Assembly: GCA_963662275.1 (NCBI GenBank)
Contig: OY759316.1
Coordinates: forward strand, 416,001 to 480,000
Direction of reading: 5' to 3'
DNA from: Candidatus Cloacimonadales bacterium
GTDB taxonomy: Bacteria; Cloacimonadota; Cloacimonadia; Cloacimonadales; DAONDQ01
Length of the DNA: 64,000 nt
A program made the translations under genes and the position numbers. The notes beneath the pieces are model-generated. The model did no database searches. It was not told where the DNA came from and worked only from the letters and a program-made list of their open reading frames with translations. Below, piece after piece: positions 60,220-64,000 of this stretch (the first letter of the stretch is position 1; each line of letters opens with the position of its first letter).

Positions 60220-61563
60220 ATGAGTAAACTCATGGTTAGTGTTTCAGGGATTCGAGGGATTTTTGGAGATACATTCACTCCTGAAATCGCTTTTCAATAT
60301 GCTTCGCATTATGGTATGTTTTGTGGTAAAGGCAAAATTGTTGTTGGACGTGATTCACGAACTACCGGTGAAACGATCTATCATGCCATCGTATCAGGTT
60401 TACTAAGTGTTGGATGCAGCGTGGTAAATCTGGGGATAGCATCAACTCCAACCGTCTTGCTTACGGTAGAAGAATCAGACGCAGTAGGTGGTATTGCCAT
60501 CACAGCTTCACACAATCCGGCTGAATGGAATGCATTAAAAATCGTTGGTAAGAATGGATTATTCCTCTATCCCGAAGTTGCCCAGGAATTCCTATCTAGT
60601 ATTGATACTCCCCTGGTTTTTACAAAATGGAATGAGATGGGCACAGTTGAAGAGGACTATGATGCAGGTTTCAGGCATATTCAAAAGATTTTATCAATTC
60701 CCTATCTTGATTTGGAAGCAATCAGAAAACGTAGATTTAAAGTTGTCCTGGATTCTGTTAATGGAGCAGGAGGCGTAATTTCTCCAACCTTATTGTTAGA
60801 GCTTGGGTGTGAATTAATTGAATTGAACTCGGAACCAAGCGGTTATTTTGCTCATACTCCAGAACCTCTTAACCAAAATCTCAAACAATTGGAAGAAGCC
60901 GTTAAAATACATCATGCAGACATAGGTTTTGCTACGGATCCGGATGTGGATAGACTAGCTATCGTTTCAGAGAAAGGCGAATGTATTGGGGAAGAAATGA
61001 CTGTCCTCATGGCAGAAGAATTTGTCCTGCGAAAGAAAAAAGGCGATATTGTAGTCAATCTTTCATCTTCGATGGCTTCTGAAGATATTGCTGCGAAATA
61101 TGGATGTCAAGTACAGCGTACAAAAGTGGGTGAAATAAACGTCGGAAAGAAAATGCAGGAAATCAGTTCTCCTATTGGTGGTGAAGGTAATGGCGGTGTT
61201 ATTTGCCCAGACGTTCACTATACTCGTGATGCTTTAGCCGGCATGGCATTAATTCTTGGTTTACTTACTGAAGAAAAGAAAACTGTATCCTCTATTATCG
61301 AATCTATTCCGCATTATTATTTTGCTAAGGATAAGATTACTGTTGCTCATGAAAAGCTTGATTCAATCATGAAGAATGCAGAAACTATCTATGCAGGTCT
61401 CAAGCAGGATAAACAGGATGGTTTAAAAATACTAGGGGATAAGTATTGGATTCATATCCGTAAATCAGGGACAGAACCCATTATTCGTGTTTATGTTGAA
61501 AGCGAGAGTCCTGAACGTTCAATAGAGATTTGTCAATCAGCTATCAAGAAGCTCTTGGCATAA
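60220..61563 (+). CDS. glmM: Phosphoglucosamine mutase (alpha-D-phosphohexomutase)
   Basis: SVSGIRG, TASHNP, DPDVDR, GGEGNGG, RKSGTEP. Confidence 0.85.
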   Translation: MSKLMVSVSGIRGIFGDTFTPEIAFQYASHYGMFCGKGKIVVGRDSRTTGETIYHAIVSGLLSVGCSVVNLGIASTPTVLLTVEESDAVGGIAITASHNPAEWNALKIVGKNGLFLYPEVAQEFLSSIDTPLVFTKWNEMGTVEEDYDAGFRHIQKILSIPYLDLEAIRKRRFKVVLDSVNGAGGVISPTLLLELGCELIELNSEPSGYFAHTPEPLNQNLKQLEEAVKIHHADIGFATDPDVDRLAIVSEKGECIGEEMTVLMAEEFVLRKKKGDIVVNLSSSMASEDIAAKYGCQVQRTKVGEINVGKKMQEISSPIGGEGNGGVICPDVHYTRDALAGMALILGLLTEEKKTVSSIIESIPHYYFAKDKITVAHEKLDSIMKNAETIYAGLKQDKQDGLKILGDKYWIHIRKSGTEPIIRVYVESESPERSIEICQSAIKKLLA

Positions 61564-61571
61564 GGATGAAG

Positions 61572-62591
61572 TTACTGGCTCAAAACTCTCAGGGCATTGC
61601 CATTGAAGATAGAGTGTTTTTCATTTTCCGATAAGCCCTTATAGCTAAGGAATTCGGATATTCCAGGATAACATGTAGGGTCTTCCAAGCCTGGCTCAAT
61701 GTCAATCAAGCCATCAAAATCTGAACCTAATGCAATGTATTCAATACCCCAATGATCAATAATCTCAGCAATTATGCGATATAACAAATGATATCCTTTC
61801 GGATAGCCATCACTGGGTATGATCTCGTTCTCAATCGCTAAAAAATCAGGACAGAATGTTAAACCTACTACTCCCTTTCTTTCCTTGAGCATATCCATCT
61901 GAGAGTCAGTCAAATTGCGAGGAAACGGATTTAATCGTATGATATTGGCATGGGATGCAATGACTGGAGTATATAGAAGATCTGCTATTTCCAATGAGGC
62001 TTGAGCAGACATATGGGAGATATCCAATATGAACGATAACTCATTCATCTTGGCAGCCAAATCCTTCCCTTTTTTGAACATACCACCACCTTCCAGGAAT
62101 GAAGGGACATAAGGTAATATTCTATTCCACGTAGGGGCTATTATCCGGATTCCCAGTTCAGCAAAGATATCCAGTAAATCCAGATTACCTTCAATTACTT
62201 CTAAACCTTCAATAGTGATATTGATTCCCGTTTGATTGTCATCCCAATGTGAAATCAAGTCATTTGAATTTCGAATCATGAACCAATCCGGGTTATTAGC
62301 AATATCCCTTTTTATCATTTGAATCATCTGGAGCGCATTATGAAGTGCTCCCTGCAAACTGTAATTTGCTAAGTACAAGGATTGTGCCTGCATTTTAACA
62401 TGTCCGGCTTTGAGCTTATCAGGAGTGATTGCCAATGTATCTTCGGCTTTCATCAACTGATTGGGTTCATTGGGCTGAGGAAACATAGCTCGTTTGAGGA
62501 AGCGTTGTTTATAAAACAACAACTTCTTAAAATAAGTATCAGCGTGAAGATCAATAACCGGAATAGGTTTTTTATTCATTCTCATCACCAT
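61572..62591 (-). CDS. Membrane dipeptidase (M19)
   Basis: DLHAD, TIEG, TWN, DISH, ASHAN, RNLTD, GSDFDG. Confidence 0.88.
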   Translation of the reverse strand: MVMRMNKKPIPVIDLHADTYFKKLLFYKQRFLKRAMFPQPNEPNQLMKAEDTLAITPDKLKAGHVKMQAQSLYLANYSLQGALHNALQMIQMIKRDIANNPDWFMIRNSNDLISHWDDNQTGINITIEGLEVIEGNLDLLDIFAELGIRIIAPTWNRILPYVPSFLEGGGMFKKGKDLAAKMNELSFILDISHMSAQASLEIADLLYTPVIASHANIIRLNPFPRNLTDSQMDMLKERKGVVGLTFCPDFLAIENEIIPSDGYPKGYHLLYRIIAEIIDHWGIEYIALGSDFDGLIDIEPGLEDPTCYPGISEFLSYKGLSENEKHSIFNGNALRVLSQ

Positions 62592-62632
62592 CCCTTATTC
62601 AACAAGAACGAAGTCTTGCTCAACAATAAAAT

Positions 62633-64000
62633 CTACCTGCGTGAAAACTGGAAAACATCATAATCAAATCCGAGTGATAAGTAATAATTTACAGCGCTGT
62701 CTTCATTATAACCGACACCTAAACGAAGAGGACCAACTGCGCTCTTATAACCAATGATTATACCTCCACCCAATGTGAAATTTTTAAAAGGAGTCCAAAT
62801 ATCTGAGTTGGCATAGTTAAGACCAGCAATCTGTTCATCGATAAATAAATCATGGCATGCTTTCACCCTAACTGTGAAGGTATTGATTTTATAGAAGGGA
62901 GCACTCTTTTCAGAGCGTTGATATCCAATAAAGCTATCCAGACCACCAAAATAGAAGGGGTCAAATTGAACTACATCCATCTCTTTGAAATAGGAACCAT
63001 ATTCAAATCGATATAAAACTGAAACTGATTTTATGATAGGAATACCCAACCGGATAGTCGTTTTAAATTTCTTATATGTTGCATCACTCCAAACGCCTTT
63101 TTCTGCGACGGAAAATTTAGCTAAAAATTGTGATCCCTTCATCGGAAAGAGATAATCATCCAAGGATTCATGATACAGTTTCACACCTAATCCGGAAGAT
63201 GTAAATTTCTTATTATTGACTTCCTCAGTAGAGATATCCCTGTAAAGACGCATGTTATATGAGAAGCCATATCCTTCAAGGATCAATATCTTTTTTGCAA
63301 AGATACCTACTCCTGTTGTAGAGCCATATTCCAGAGACCGGACACTGCCGGTCTTTTCATGCTGGTCGTTATATAAATAGAGTTTGTTTTCTTCTATATA
63401 GGGAAAAACTCGTAAGTAACCTCCCCAATATTGTCCGAAGTTTTTAGCATAATCTACACTAAATGAATGCTTCCCACCAATTTTCATTTCTGCAAGGAGT
63501 TTAGAGTTCTTCTGTGTCAAGTTAGTAAGACTGAATACTACTCCAGCTATCAGTTTGTCATCCTGGTTATAAGTAAGATTTAAAGCAACAGTCTTTCGAG
63601 CTTTTTCTTGCACTTTGATATCTATTATATATCCATAACTTGTTTTCAAGATGACTGGATAAATCGTATCAAAAAGCTCGAAATTATAGGCATCCCTGAT
63701 GTGTTTAACAATTTCTTCCTTGGTATAGGCTTCATCTTTTTTCAGTCCTGAATATTCTCTCACTTTATTAGCACCAAGATATTCATTTCCGCTTACCGCA
63801 ATACGTGAAAATCTGAGCGTATCAGGAACAACTGTCAGAGGTTTATGTGAGAAGGGTTCTTTCTTTCTTATAGCAGCAAGTTGTCTTAAATCATCTATAT
63901 GGAGACGAGCTTCTTGCTCACCGCGATCAATGATATCCTTAATTTTAGTAAAATCCGATGAACTGTAAGGATCAAGATCTGGTTCTATCAGGATACCACA
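62633..64000 (-). CDS. Patatin-like phospholipase with POTRA/beta-barrel (PlpD-like), partial; runs off the right edge
   Basis: Frame stays open to the window end: GILIEPDLDPYSSSDFTKIKDIIDRGEQEAR (patatin C-terminus), then a POTRA-like segment and a barrel ending GPLRL..YLSLGFDY. Confidence 0.78.
   Translation of the reverse strand, partial: CGILIEPDLDPYSSSDFTKIKDIIDRGEQEARLHIDDLRQLAAIRKKEPFSHKPLTVVPDTLRFSRIAVSGNEYLGANKVREYSGLKKDEAYTKEEIVKHIRDAYNFELFDTIYPVILKTSYGYIIDIKVQEKARKTVALNLTYNQDDKLIAGVVFSLTNLTQKNSKLLAEMKIGGKHSFSVDYAKNFGQYWGGYLRVFPYIEENKLYLYNDQHEKTGSVRSLEYGSTTGVGIFAKKILILEGYGFSYNMRLYRDISTEEVNNKKFTSSGLGVKLYHESLDDYLFPMKGSQFLAKFSVAEKGVWSDATYKKFKTTIRLGIPIIKSVSVLYRFEYGSYFKEMDVVQFDPFYFGGLDSFIGYQRSEKSAPFYKINTFTVRVKACHDLFIDEQIAGLNYANSDIWTPFKNFTLGGGIIIGYKSAVGPLRLGVGYNEDSAVNYYLSLGFDYDVFQFSRR

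Overview
AT-rich bacterial chromosomal window. The gene set (M6 metalloprotease, FlgD-Ig/T9SS-like C-terminal sorting domain, FGE-sulfatase lipoproteins, long-form urocanase) suggests Candidatus Cloacimonadota; this taxonomy is inference. Most genes are housekeeping or envelope functions (hutU, UDPGP, dnaB, trmL, coaD, recR, riboflavin synthase, mutM, trxB, znuABC-like, ppiD-like, glmM, two hybrid histidine kinases). Notable items: (1) a satD + DUF3307 pair (nucleotide-cyclase-like/HTH protein plus membrane protein) separated by four ~20-bp palindromes at an exact 29-bp period; (2) an MCE/Mla operon whose PqiC-like lipoprotein seems fused to an outer-membrane beta-barrel, running directly into an NMT1 binding protein and a Cache-SpoIIE phosphatase; (3) a Y1 TnpA/RAYT gene within 56-bp inverted repeats, plus several REP-like families scattered through the intergenic spaces; (4) an FGE-sulfatase lipoprotein whose 3' end looks like a DGR variable region, with no RT or template region in the window; (5) a 2.4-kb IS91-like transposase + tyrosine recombinase element with imperfect inverted ends. 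No rRNA, tRNA or CRISPR array was recognised. All family assignments come from reading motifs by eye, not from database searches.
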